NCBI GenBank assembly: GCA_965227775.1
Contig: OZ245777.1
Location: forward strand, 768,001-832,000
Origin: Phycisphaerales bacterium
GTDB taxonomy: Bacteria; Planctomycetota; Phycisphaerae; Phycisphaerales; UBA1924
Direction of reading: 5' to 3'
DNA length: 64,000 nucleotides
The notes below the pieces were generated by a model. The model was not told where the DNA came from and ran no database searches. It saw only the letters and a program-made list of their open reading frames with translations. Positions 39,980-49,269 of this stretch are shown one piece after another; position 1 is the stretch's first letter, and the number at the start of each line of letters is the position of its first letter. A program made the position numbers and the translations under genes.

Positions 39980-41335
39980 CTACTCGCCCGCCGACTCGAT
40001 CACGCCGGCGATCATCGATACCAGCATGTGCCCGTTCTGATCGATGGCGCCCTGGTAGTGCAGCACGCGGGCCTTGCTCGGGGCCGTGATGCCCATGCCC
40101 GCCACGATCGGGCCGGTCGACGACCAGCGCGTAGGGTTCTGCTGCCAAGCCATCGAGGCCACCATCTCCTCGGGCTTGCCCTGGGCCAGCAGGTCGAGCA
40201 TGTCGCGGTCGTGCTGCACGACCTTGTTGCGGGCCTGCTGGGACTCCTGCGAATCGCCCAGCAGCTGCACCTGATCTCCAAACATCGGCCCAACATGGCT
40301 CAGGTCGAAGCTGGTGATCACCAGCGTGGTGCCGCCCAGCTCGCTCAGGGCCGCCTTCACGGCATCGACGAACGGCTGGATGGCAACGCCCTCGCCGTCG
40401 TAGCTCTCGCCGTTGTTGGCCGCCGCGTCGTGCACCAGGGCGGCGAACACCTTGGGGTACTTCCCGGCATCGTCGGTGCCGAACACGTGCTGGATCCAGG
40501 GCATCTGCAGCTCGATGCTGTGCTCGCGCTCGTGGTCGTAGCGATGCTCGAAGAGCTTGTCTCCCAACGAGTTGCGTAGCTTCTCGACGAGCTCGCTATC
40601 CAGCGGGCACTCGCCTAGCGGGCTCTGGAAGCCCTTGTCGCAGCCCGCGACGCCCGACGAGCGGCCGTAGTGGTTCGGGCCCAGGATGATGACGCGGTCC
40701 GGGCGATCGACCACGCGCATGCGGCCGTAGACCTTGGCGAAGACCAGCCCCCCACGGGCGTAGTCGATGGCTGGCACGATGACGCCGGGTGGCAGCGCGT
40801 CGAAGCTGGGGTTCTCGTCATCCTTCAGGGCGTCGTCGATGAGCTGGTCGAGGTGCTCGCGGAGCGCGTCGGGCGACTCCTTGGAGAGTTGCTCCTCGCT
40901 GAGCTCCTCACCCTCGTGCTGCTTCTTGACGAGCGCCTCGGCGTAGTCGGCAGAGTTGGAGGGCGGCAGCACGTCGGTGCTGTCGAAGGTCTGGGTGAAG
41001 TCGCTCCAGACCTCGTCGAACTTCGGGCCGTGCAGCAAGGCGGCGTCATCGAGCTGGGCGACGAGCAGCTCGACGCTGCGACGCTCGAGCCCCTGGCCGA
41101 CCTGATCGACGATCTCATCGATCGTGCGCGAGCCGTCCATTAGCGGGAGGATGTGCTGGGCCGCGGGCGAGGTGAATACGACCTTGCGGCTGATCTGGCG
41201 GGCGTCTGCCACGCCGAGGGCCGGCTTGCCTTGCACCTGGGAGGGAAACCCCTTGATCTGCCGCAGCTTGGGCTTGGCCTGGTGCGGCTGGCTTGGGTCG
41301 AATGCGGGGGGCGTCGGTGCTGCAGGGTCGCTCAT
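39980..41335 (-). CDS. amrB: AmmeMemoRadiSam system protein B (MEMO1 family)
   Basis: IDYARGG, ILGPNHY, SPLG, EHSIELQMPW and DLSHVG motifs. Confidence 0.85.
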   Translation of the reverse strand: MSDPAAPTPPAFDPSQPHQAKPKLRQIKGFPSQVQGKPALGVADARQISRKVVFTSPAAQHILPLMDGSRTIDEIVDQVGQGLERRSVELLVAQLDDAALLHGPKFDEVWSDFTQTFDSTDVLPPSNSADYAEALVKKQHEGEELSEEQLSKESPDALREHLDQLIDDALKDDENPSFDALPPGVIVPAIDYARGGLVFAKVYGRMRVVDRPDRVIILGPNHYGRSSGVAGCDKGFQSPLGECPLDSELVEKLRNSLGDKLFEHRYDHEREHSIELQMPWIQHVFGTDDAGKYPKVFAALVHDAAANNGESYDGEGVAIQPFVDAVKAALSELGGTTLVITSFDLSHVGPMFGDQVQLLGDSQESQQARNKVVQHDRDMLDLLAQGKPEEMVASMAWQQNPTRWSSTGPIVAGMGITAPSKARVLHYQGAIDQNGHMLVSMIAGVIESAGE

Positions 41336-41503
41336 GCCCCATCGTATCGCCCACCGACTTCGGAACCGAGCCAGATCGGCCTCGACGGCGCGATTGAACG
41401 CAATCGAAACCAACGCTATCATCGAGGCCCATCGGTGGGTGGCCGGTGGGTTTTATGATGGCTCTGTAGCGTCCTCGCTCCGCACACGTTGGGAAGCCGC
41501 GAT

Positions 41504-41827
41504 ATGTCCGACTCGTTCAAGCCTGGCGATTCTGTTTCCTGCACGATCACGGACCTGCCCCGCAGCGAGGCGGGTAGGAAGACCATCGGCCGGCTCATGA
41601 AGCTGGACCCCGAGATCCGGCGTGGCCTGCGCAAGGCACAGACGCGCCGCCGCCAGAACATGAAGGTCTACGTCCGCGGCGGTCGCGACTGGTACGCCCG
41701 CGAGAAGTGCGGCAAGGGCGGTCAGGTCCGCGTGGGCGAGAGCTTCACCATCCCTTACGCCCCGCAGCTCTCCGACGACATCAAGTCCGTCGAGAAGTAC
41801 CTGAAGCTCGAGACCGCCAAGGGCTGA
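41504..41827 (+). CDS. Small basic hypothetical protein
   Basis: 107 aa, strong C/G-ending and AAG codon bias, K/R-rich core. Confidence 0.75.
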   Translation: MSDSFKPGDSVSCTITDLPRSEAGRKTIGRLMKLDPEIRRGLRKAQTRRRQNMKVYVRGGRDWYAREKCGKGGQVRVGESFTIPYAPQLSDDIKSVEKYLKLETAKG

Positions 41828-41855
41828 TCTCGCGCACGCCCCGTATCATGGGGAC

Positions 41856-42335
41856 ATGAAGAACCTCTTTCGAACCGGCCCGCTCATCGCAGCGGGCCTT
41901 GTCGTGTCGTGCCTGAGCATGCTCGCGTGCGAGCGTGAACAGGACGCAGCCACCGCAACGCCCGACGCCCGCTACACCACGCAGGGGCGCGTGGCGATGA
42001 AGAAGACGCCCGAGAGCCCGGCCAGCGAGTTCCAGATCTTCCACGAGAGCATCCCGAACTTCGTGAACGGCGAGGGCGAGGTCGTGGGCATGAACGCGCA
42101 CCAGATGCCCTTCCCCCGCGTCGCCGAGGGCATCGACATCGACGCGCTCGAAGTCGGCCAACCGGTGCGCTTTACGTTTGATGTGACCTGGAACGATGCC
42201 GGGACGCCCACGTGGATCATCACCGAGCTCGAGACGCTGCCCGAGAGCACAACGTTCGAATTCGAAGCCGAGACGGCGGAGCCCACCGGCACGAGCGGAG
42301 ATGATCCTGTAACGCCCGATAGCTCCGGGGGCTAA
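41856..42335 (+). CDS. CusF-like copper-binding lipoprotein
   Basis: Lipobox MLAC; YTTQGRV, IFHESIPNF, GMNAHQMPF, VGQPVRFTF. Confidence 0.7.
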   Translation: MKNLFRTGPLIAAGLVVSCLSMLACEREQDAATATPDARYTTQGRVAMKKTPESPASEFQIFHESIPNFVNGEGEVVGMNAHQMPFPRVAEGIDIDALEVGQPVRFTFDVTWNDAGTPTWIITELETLPESTTFEFEAETAEPTGTSGDDPVTPDSSGG

Positions 42336-42389
42336 ACACCGCTGAGCACCGGCCTTGCAAAGGCCAGCACCACCGGGCGGCGCAGCCAC

Positions 42390-42431
42390 AAAAAAACCCG
42401 GTGACGAACATCGAGTGCTCAATCACCGGGT
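42390..42431 (-). terminator. Rho-independent terminator
   Basis: Minus strand ACCCGGTGA-N18-TCACCGGGT followed by a T run. Confidence 0.8.
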
Positions 42432-42476
42432 CTCGTGGGGGTCTTGTTTCGGTCCGAGTTGCCTCGGACGGGGGCC
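42390..42476 (-). ncRNA. Candidate ~85-nt small RNA
   Basis: GTCCGAG-GCAA-CTCGGAC hairpin, A/C-rich linker, terminator; separate hairpin at 42565-42596 follows the UDG stop. Confidence 0.35.
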
Positions 42477-42602
42477 TATTCGCCTATCGGCTGAGGCCTG
42501 TTGCAGAGCGAACCAAAAATATCGAGCAACTATTTCCCAGTCGAGCGATCGATTGGTGATTTCAGGATGACCCCTATATCAATCGGGGTTTCATCCCCCG
42601 GC

Positions 42603-43472
42603 TCATCGTGCCGGCACGGGCAGTTCCAGCCGCTCGAGCACCTGCTTGAGGTCTTCCCACACCTTGCGGCGCGTGTCGGGCGTGTAGTTCCGAAGCAAGT
42701 AGGCCGGGTGGTACGTCGGCAGCACGTCGAAGCTCTTGCCCGACGGCGTAGCCATCGGCCACCACCGCCCCCGCAGATCGCGCATCGACATGGCCTGACC
42801 CGTGAGCAGCCTGGCCGACGGCAGGCCCAGGGCCACGATGGCCTCGGGATCGATCACCTCGATCTGCCGCATGAGGAACGGTGCGCTCGCCTCTGCCTCT
42901 TCGATGGTGGGCGTCGCGTTGTTGGGTGGACGCACCTTCAGGACGTTGGCGATGTAGACGTCCTCGCGCTTCAGGCCCATCGCGATGATCATCTGGTCGA
43001 GCTTCTGCCCAGCCCGGCCCACGAACGGCCGGCCGAGCCGGTCCTCGTCGGCCCCGGGGGCCTCGCCCACGAACATGATTCGGGCGCAAGGATCGCCCTC
43101 GCCGAACACGATCGTCGTGTGCGGGGTGCCCGTTGCCGCATGGGGTGCGGCCTGGGTGTAGTCCTTGAGAATCTCGGCGAGCCGCTGCTCGGCGACCTCG
43201 CGCGGGCTGCCGCTGGGGGCGGGCCGCTTCTTGGGCCTGGGCGCCTGGGCTTTGGCTTCTACCTGCGAGTCTGCCTTGGGCATCGGTCGCGTCTCCTGGG
43301 CGGCTGGCGTGGGACGAACGCGGCTCGGCTCTGGGGCAAAAACCTCGGCGGGCGCGGCGGCGACGGCCCGGCTTTGGACGCCCCACGCAACGCCGAGCTG
43401 GCCCCACGCGCGGGCGTCCTGGGCGACGATGCGCCGGATGGTCGCGGCGTCGGTGTTTGGCTGGTTGGTCAT
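42603..43472 (-). CDS. Uracil-DNA glycosylase, family 4
   Basis: VGEAPGADED..GRPFVGRAG, NVLKVRPPNN, TYHPAYLLR. Confidence 0.94.
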   Translation of the reverse strand: MTNQPNTDAATIRRIVAQDARAWGQLGVAWGVQSRAVAAAPAEVFAPEPSRVRPTPAAQETRPMPKADSQVEAKAQAPRPKKRPAPSGSPREVAEQRLAEILKDYTQAAPHAATGTPHTTIVFGEGDPCARIMFVGEAPGADEDRLGRPFVGRAGQKLDQMIIAMGLKREDVYIANVLKVRPPNNATPTIEEAEASAPFLMRQIEVIDPEAIVALGLPSARLLTGQAMSMRDLRGRWWPMATPSGKSFDVLPTYHPAYLLRNYTPDTRRKVWEDLKQVLERLELPVPAR

Positions 43473-43476
43473 GGCG

Positions 43477-43686
43477 TCAGCGCCCCCGCCGCGTGCGATT
43501 GGCCCAGGCGCCGAATTCGATCACGCCCCGAATCAGCTCGCCCCGAGGCGGCGTGCCGCGGCCGAAGGCGGTCTGCCAGCGCCAGGAGTAGTAGGCCCCG
43601 CGGATGCGAAACTTCGCGACGATCGCCATCCGCACGAGTTCGTAGGCGGCCAGGGGCAGGTCTCGCAGCAATTGCCCGGTCGACAT
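43477..43686 (-). CDS. Small hypothetical protein
   Basis: Fits exactly between the epimerase and UDG genes; GAYYSWRWQTAFG segment. Confidence 0.65.
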   Translation of the reverse strand: MSTGQLLRDLPLAAYELVRMAIVAKFRIRGAYYSWRWQTAFGRGTPPRGELIRGVIEFGAWANRTRRGR

Positions 43687-44775
43687 CTAGTGGCCGCCGC
43701 TCGAAGCGCCCGCCTCGCTCTGGGCCCGATGCCAGCCGATGGTCTCGGCCAGGCCTTCTCGAAGGCTCGTGAAGGGCTCGTAGCCCAGCAGGCCGCGTGC
43801 CCGGTCGATACTCGCCAGCGAGTGGCGGACCTCACCCTGGCGGGCGGGCTTGTGGTGCGGCTCGAGGTCGGCGGTGCTCGCGCCCGTTTCCTGGCTCACG
43901 ATCTCGCCCAACTGCTCGGCCAGGCGGTTCAAGCTCGTAGCCTGGCCCAGCCCCACGTTCGCGATGGCGCAGTCGGGCAGCGTGCCCGTCGCCCCCGCGA
44001 GCAGGTTCGCCAGCACGACGTTGGCGACGAAGGTGAAGTCCCGCGTCTGCTGACCATCGCCGAAGATGACCGGCGGTTCGCCCGCCAGCATTCGCGACGC
44101 GAAGGCGGGGATCACCGCGGCGTACGCCGAGTCTGCACGCTGCCGCGGGCCAAACACGTTGAAGTACCGCAGGGCGATGCTCTCGAGCCCATAGCAGCGG
44201 CTCCAGGTCGAGAGCAGGTGCTCGCCGGCCAGCTTGCTCGCGGCGTAGGGCGAGAGCGGGCTGGGGGGCATGTCCTCCTGGCAAGGCTCGCCCGAGCTCG
44301 ACCCGCGATCGCCGTAGATCGAGCTGGAACTCGAGTGCACGACGCGGCCACCGCCGGCCGCCCGGAGGGCCTCCAGCACGCGCAGGGTGCCGGTTGCGTT
44401 GACGTCCCACGCCCGGCCCGGCTGCTCGATCGAGAGCGGCACCGAGCCCACGGCGGCCATGTGGAACACCACCGGGCCGCGATCCGACCGCTTGCCCGCA
44501 GCGGAACCCACGCTGAACGCGTCGGCCATGGCCGAGGAATCGAGAATCGACCCATGCACGAACGCCACCCGATCGGGCTCGAGCTCGACGAGGTCGGCGA
44601 CGTACGCCGCGTTGGAGTTCGAGAGGTCGTCGATGACGCGGACGTTGGCGCCCAGCGAAACCAGGGCATCGACCAGATGGCTGCCGATGAAGCCGGCGCC
44701 GCCCGTGACCACCACGCGCCGGTGCTCATAGGCGGGACGCACGCTCGCGATTAGCTCTGAGGGGAAACGCAGCAC
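43687..44775 (-). CDS. NAD-dependent nucleotide-sugar epimerase (extended SDR, WbpP-like)
   Basis: TGGAGFIGSHL, SSSSIYG, YAASK, LRYFNVFGPRQ, RDFTFV; start inferred at GTG 44775. Confidence 0.92.
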   Translation of the reverse strand: MLRFPSELIASVRPAYEHRRVVVTGGAGFIGSHLVDALVSLGANVRVIDDLSNSNAAYVADLVELEPDRVAFVHGSILDSSAMADAFSVGSAAGKRSDRGPVVFHMAAVGSVPLSIEQPGRAWDVNATGTLRVLEALRAAGGGRVVHSSSSSIYGDRGSSSGEPCQEDMPPSPLSPYAASKLAGEHLLSTWSRCYGLESIALRYFNVFGPRQRADSAYAAVIPAFASRMLAGEPPVIFGDGQQTRDFTFVANVVLANLLAGATGTLPDCAIANVGLGQATSLNRLAEQLGEIVSQETGASTADLEPHHKPARQGEVRHSLASIDRARGLLGYEPFTSLREGLAETIGWHRAQSEAGASSGGH

Positions 44776-44888
44776 TGCCCGTATCCTAACCGACGCAGCG
44801 ACCGAACCAAGCGGCAATTCTCGCCGGGAAATCGGGCCGCAACGGGCACGCTCACGAAACGCCAGCCATCCTTCCGATACGCTTCTTC

Positions 44889-46394
44889 GTGCCCGGTCAA
44901 GAGCAACCCAAGCTGCACGACGCGAGCGACCTGAGCGGCAAGGCCGTGGCCATGCTGGGCGTGGGCGGCGCGGGCATGAGCGCGCTCGCCCGGCTGCTCG
45001 CGACGATGGGAGCCTCGGTGCGAGGATACGACGCTGTCGGCTCGCCAATCACCGAGCGCCTGGCAGCCGAGGGGCTCGCCGTCGCGATCGGTGATGGGCG
45101 GGACGCAGCCGACGACGCCGACGTGCTCGTTGCGACCGCCGCCATCCCCGCTGATCATGCCGCCTTCGAAGCCGCGCGGCGGCGCGGCGTGCCCGTGCTG
45201 CGATACCCCGAGGCGCTCGGGCTGGTCATGCGAGGGCGCACGGGCGTGGCGGTCGCCGGCACCCACGGCAAGAGCACGACCGTCGCGATGCTGGGCGTCG
45301 CGATGGTCGACGCGGGGCTCGACCCCTCGGTGATCGCCGGCGCTGCGTGCAGCCAGTTGGCGTGTGGCGCACTTGCCGAACCGGGTGCATGGGCCGGCTC
45401 GCGCATGGGTGCCCCCACCATCCCGAACGGTTCGCGATTCGGCAAGCCCGGGCTGCTTGTCGCCGAGGCGTGCGAGTTCAACCGCTCGTTTCACAATCTA
45501 CGACCCACCATCGCGGGCATCGGCAACGTCGAGGCCGATCACTTGGACATCTACGGCAGCCTCGACGCGGTGGTTGAAGCGTTCGGCACGTTCGCGCAAT
45601 CACTCCCAGCGAGTGAGGACGGCGGCGTGCTGGTCATCGGGCACGACGGCGCGCACCGGCGCGAGGTCGTCGCGGGCGTGGCGGCGGACGTGCAGACGAT
45701 CGGCTTCAGCCCCGAGGCCGACTGGGTGGTTCGCTACGACCAAGACAACCACACGACCGAGGTGAGCCGCCGCGATGGCGCTTGGGGTCGCTGGCGGCAG
45801 CCCCTACCCGGCGCGCACAACGCCGCCAACGCCGCGATGGCCTTCTCCCTCGCGTGCGTTGCGGGCGGCGATCCCGCGATCGTCGCGCAGTCGCTCGGCG
45901 CGTTCGCTGGCCTTGAGCGACGCTTCCAGTTGCTCGGAGACCGGGCGGTCGAGGGCGGCACCGTCCGCGTCTATGACGACTACGGGCATCACCCAACCGA
46001 GGTGGATGCGACGCTGCGCGCCATTCGGCATGCCGAGCGGCCGCACGCCAACGGCGGTCGGCTCATCGTGGTGTTCCAGCCCCACCAGCACTCGCGCACA
46101 CGCTTCTTGCTCGACGAGTTCGCAACGGCGTTCTCGAGCGCCGACCTGGTCATCGTGCCGGAGATCTACTTCGTGCGCGATAGCGAGGCCGAGAAGCAGC
46201 GCGTCAACGCAGAAGACCTCGTCCAACGGCTGCATGATCGCGGCGTGCAGGCCGAGCACGCGCACCCGTTCGGCACGATCGTCGAGAAGCTGGAACGCGA
46301 ATGCCGGGCGGGCGATGTGGTTGTGGTCATGGGCGCGGGCCCGGTGTGGCAGGTGGCCCACGGCTACGCGTACGCGGCGGTGGCCCATGCCTGA
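44889..46394 (+). CDS. murC: UDP-N-acetylmuramate--L-alanine ligase
   Basis: GVGGAGMSALA, GTHGKSTT, EADHLD, DDYGHHPTE, FQPH, MGAG. Confidence 0.95.
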   Translation: MPGQEQPKLHDASDLSGKAVAMLGVGGAGMSALARLLATMGASVRGYDAVGSPITERLAAEGLAVAIGDGRDAADDADVLVATAAIPADHAAFEAARRRGVPVLRYPEALGLVMRGRTGVAVAGTHGKSTTVAMLGVAMVDAGLDPSVIAGAACSQLACGALAEPGAWAGSRMGAPTIPNGSRFGKPGLLVAEACEFNRSFHNLRPTIAGIGNVEADHLDIYGSLDAVVEAFGTFAQSLPASEDGGVLVIGHDGAHRREVVAGVAADVQTIGFSPEADWVVRYDQDNHTTEVSRRDGAWGRWRQPLPGAHNAANAAMAFSLACVAGGDPAIVAQSLGAFAGLERRFQLLGDRAVEGGTVRVYDDYGHHPTEVDATLRAIRHAERPHANGGRLIVVFQPHQHSRTRFLLDEFATAFSSADLVIVPEIYFVRDSEAEKQRVNAEDLVQRLHDRGVQAEHAHPFGTIVEKLERECRAGDVVVVMGAGPVWQVAHGYAYAAVAHA

Positions 46395-47289
46395 GACACT
46401 GCAGGTCGACATCCAGCACGACGCCACCATCGAGACATGGTTCGGCATCGGCGGAACGGCCGACCGCCTCGCGCGGCCCGCGAGCATGGAAGAGCTGCGA
46501 CAGTGCGTTGCGCTCGATCCTGACCTGAAGATCCTGGGCGAGGGCGCGAACCTGCTGGTCGCCGATGGCGGCGTGCGCGAGCTTGTCGTCTCGATGGAGC
46601 GGCTGAACGCGGTGTCGATCGGCGACGACGGCGTCGTGAGCGCGCAGGCGGGCGCAGATCTCATGCGGCTGATCAACGACACCGCTCGCGCGGGGTTCTC
46701 GGGCCTGCACACGCTGGCCGGGGTTCCCGCGAGCATCGGCGGCGCGGTGGCGATGAACGCCGGTGGCGCTTTCGGAAACACGTTCGACCACCTGCGCGAG
46801 ATCACGACGATCGATCGCAGCGGCGATGTCCGCACCGACCCCGCGTCAGCGTTCGATGCGCGGTATCGTGATGGCGGGCTCGATGGCCGCATTGTCGTCG
46901 AAGCCGTCTTCCAACTGGCGCGCGACGATCCAAAGGATGTGCGACAGCGCGTCAAGGACATCATGGCCAAGAAGAAGGCCAGCCAGCCGCTCGCGGCCGA
47001 TAGCGCCGGGTGCGTCTTCAAGAATCCGACGCTCGGCAACGACCTCCAAGGCATCGGTGGTGCCGGCCAGCGCGTCAGCGCAGGCATGCTCATCGATCGG
47101 GCCGGGTGCAAGGGGCTCACGCGCGGCGGTGCCAGCGTGAGCGAGCGGCACGCGAATTTTGTGGTTGTCGACAAAGCAACGGCGCGAGCGGCGGACGTGA
47201 TCGAGCTTATTGACGCGGTGCGGCAGCGTGTCGACGCCGCGTTTGGTGTGCAGTTGCAGACCGAAGTGGCCATCTGGGGCGAGCGATGA
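46387..47289 (+). CDS. murB: UDP-N-acetylenolpyruvoylglucosamine reductase
   Basis: GEGANLLV, GVPASIGGAVAMNAG, SAGCVFKNP, HANF, LQTEV. Confidence 0.95.
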   Translation: MPETLQVDIQHDATIETWFGIGGTADRLARPASMEELRQCVALDPDLKILGEGANLLVADGGVRELVVSMERLNAVSIGDDGVVSAQAGADLMRLINDTARAGFSGLHTLAGVPASIGGAVAMNAGGAFGNTFDHLREITTIDRSGDVRTDPASAFDARYRDGGLDGRIVVEAVFQLARDDPKDVRQRVKDIMAKKKASQPLAADSAGCVFKNPTLGNDLQGIGGAGQRVSAGMLIDRAGCKGLTRGGASVSERHANFVVVDKATARAADVIELIDAVRQRVDAAFGVQLQTEVAIWGER

Positions 47290-48239
47290 GTGGCGAAGTG
47301 GTGCTGGTGCTTGGTGGTGGGCCCGATGCCGAGCATCCGGTGAGCGTGGACAGCAGCACGGCCGTGGCGCGGGCGATCAACGACAGCGGGCGGTACGCGG
47401 CCGACCTGCGCATCTTCGATCGGCTGACACTCGACGAGCTGCGCATGCTGCCGGGCGACGTAGTGTTCCCCGTACTCCACGGGCCGTGGGGCGAGGGCGG
47501 GCCGATGCAGCGGCTGCTCGAAGCCGATGGCAGGCCATTTGTCGGCTGCGGCTCGCGGGCTGCGCGCGTGGCGATCGACAAGCTGCACACCAAGCAGGCC
47601 GCGCTCGCGCTGGGCATCGCCACAGCGCCCGCATCGATCCTGCACCCCCTCGATGACGTACCGCCGATCGACCTGCCGCTGGTGCTCAAGCCCGTGCACG
47701 AAGGCTCGAGCGTGGGCCTTGCCATTTGTACCACGATGGACCAGTGGCACGCCGGTCTGCACGGTGCCCGCGCCGCGCTGGCATCGGGCGTTACGACGGC
47801 GTTCATGGTCGAGCCCATGACCAAGGGCCGCGAGCTGACCGTCGGTATCGTGGCGGGCGAGGCGCTGCCGATCGTGGAGATCGCGCCGGCCGATGGCGTG
47901 TACGACTACGCCGCCAAGTATGCCCGCGACGATACGAGGTACGTCGTTGACCCGCCGCTGCCCGAGGGTGCGGCACACGCCATGCAACGCGATGCCCTGA
48001 AGCTCGCGCAAGCCCTCAGCTGTGCAACGCTGGCGCGTGTCGACTTCATGCTCGACGAGGAGCGCAGGCCCATGCTGCTCGAGGCGAACACCATGCCAGG
48101 ATTTACCAGCCACTCGCTGCTGCCGATGGCCGCCGCGCGCACCGGGTTGGCGATGCCCTCGTTGTGCGCGAAGCTGGTCGATGACGCCCTGGCTCGCCAC
48201 GCAACCGATCCCGCCGCCCGACGCGTCGTACGCTCCTGA
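47286..48239 (+). CDS. ddl: D-alanine--D-alanine ligase
   Basis: GGGPDAEHPVS, LHGPWGEGG, EGSSVG, YDYAAKY, LEANTMPGFT. Confidence 0.95.
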   Translation: MSGEVVLVLGGGPDAEHPVSVDSSTAVARAINDSGRYAADLRIFDRLTLDELRMLPGDVVFPVLHGPWGEGGPMQRLLEADGRPFVGCGSRAARVAIDKLHTKQAALALGIATAPASILHPLDDVPPIDLPLVLKPVHEGSSVGLAICTTMDQWHAGLHGARAALASGVTTAFMVEPMTKGRELTVGIVAGEALPIVEIAPADGVYDYAAKYARDDTRYVVDPPLPEGAAHAMQRDALKLAQALSCATLARVDFMLDEERRPMLLEANTMPGFTSHSLLPMAAARTGLAMPSLCAKLVDDALARHATDPAARRVVRS

Positions 48240-48243
48240 AGCC

Positions 48244-49269
48244 ATGCCACGAAAAGCCGCACCAAAGAAGAACGCCCGCAAGGGCAGGGCGAAGGCCGCA
48301 AAGGACTCGGGGCCGTTGCTGCCCGAGGGCTCGACGCGCAAGCTCGTGTTCGCGGGCATCGGGCTGGTGCTTGCCACCGGCGTCGTACTTGGCGCGGGGC
48401 TGGGCATCCCGGCGCTGGGACGCCAGGCCGCGACGCGCATCAATGAGCAGTCTGATTCGATCTTCATCCAGCTCACGCCGCCGGGGTGGATGCCCCAGCA
48501 GACCTACGACGCCATCATGGACCGGGCCGAGGCGGCGTACCGCTCGTCCGCCAGCGACCTTGGCGCCATGGCGGCGTTGCGACCCGAGCCGCTGCAAGCC
48601 GTGCAGGAAGCCATGGCCGCGACCGGCTGGGCCGCGAGCACACCCATCGTGACACGCCAGCGCCCGACGCGCACGGACGATGCGGGCGAGGGCCCGGGCC
48701 GAAACGACATCGTGATCGAGATGGACTGGCGGCGGCCCGTCGCGGTCGTGCGGTCGGCGGCGTTCCAGGACGGTTCCAGGCCCGGCCTGCGCGACACCGC
48801 GATCGACGCGAATGGCGACGTGCTGCCGCTGAGCGGCGCGCCCGAGAGCTTCCCGGGGTTGAAGGTCATCCTGAACCCCGGCCGCATGCCCACGCCCACC
48901 GACGCACGCGACGTGAACCCGACCTGGCCAGGCCAGGACATCCGCGATGCCATCGCGCTGCTTGCCCTGTTGCAGACAGAGCCGTTCGCCGTGCAGATCA
49001 CGGGCGTCGACCTTGCCGAACACGGCGAGGGGCAGCGGCTGCTGATCGTCACGACGACGGGCGGGCGCGTTGTCTGGGGCGCACCGACCGGGGGCGAGGG
49101 CGTGTATCGCGGCGAGGTAACCGACGAACGCAAGCTCGCAAACCTGCGCAGCCTTGTGGACGCGACGGGCCAGCTCGACGGCGGACAAGAACGCGTCGAG
49201 ATCCACTGGCCGGGCACCGTGCTCATCGGCGACGACGCGGCGCGGGGAGGCGCCGGGGGCCGGCCGTGA
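48244..49269 (+). CDS. Bitopic membrane protein, divergent FtsQ/DivIB-like
   Basis: Basic N-terminus, one [18 protein letters not shown]; occupies the ftsQ position after ddl. Confidence 0.6.
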   Translation: MPRKAAPKKNARKGRAKAAKDSGPLLPEGSTRKLVFAGIGLVLATGVVLGAGLGIPALGRQAATRINEQSDSIFIQLTPPGWMPQQTYDAIMDRAEAAYRSSASDLGAMAALRPEPLQAVQEAMAATGWAASTPIVTRQRPTRTDDAGEGPGRNDIVIEMDWRRPVAVVRSAAFQDGSRPGLRDTAIDANGDVLPLSGAPESFPGLKVILNPGRMPTPTDARDVNPTWPGQDIRDAIALLALLQTEPFAVQITGVDLAEHGEGQRLLIVTTTGGRVVWGAPTGGEGVYRGEVTDERKLANLRSLVDATGQLDGGQERVEIHWPGTVLIGDDAARGGAGGRP

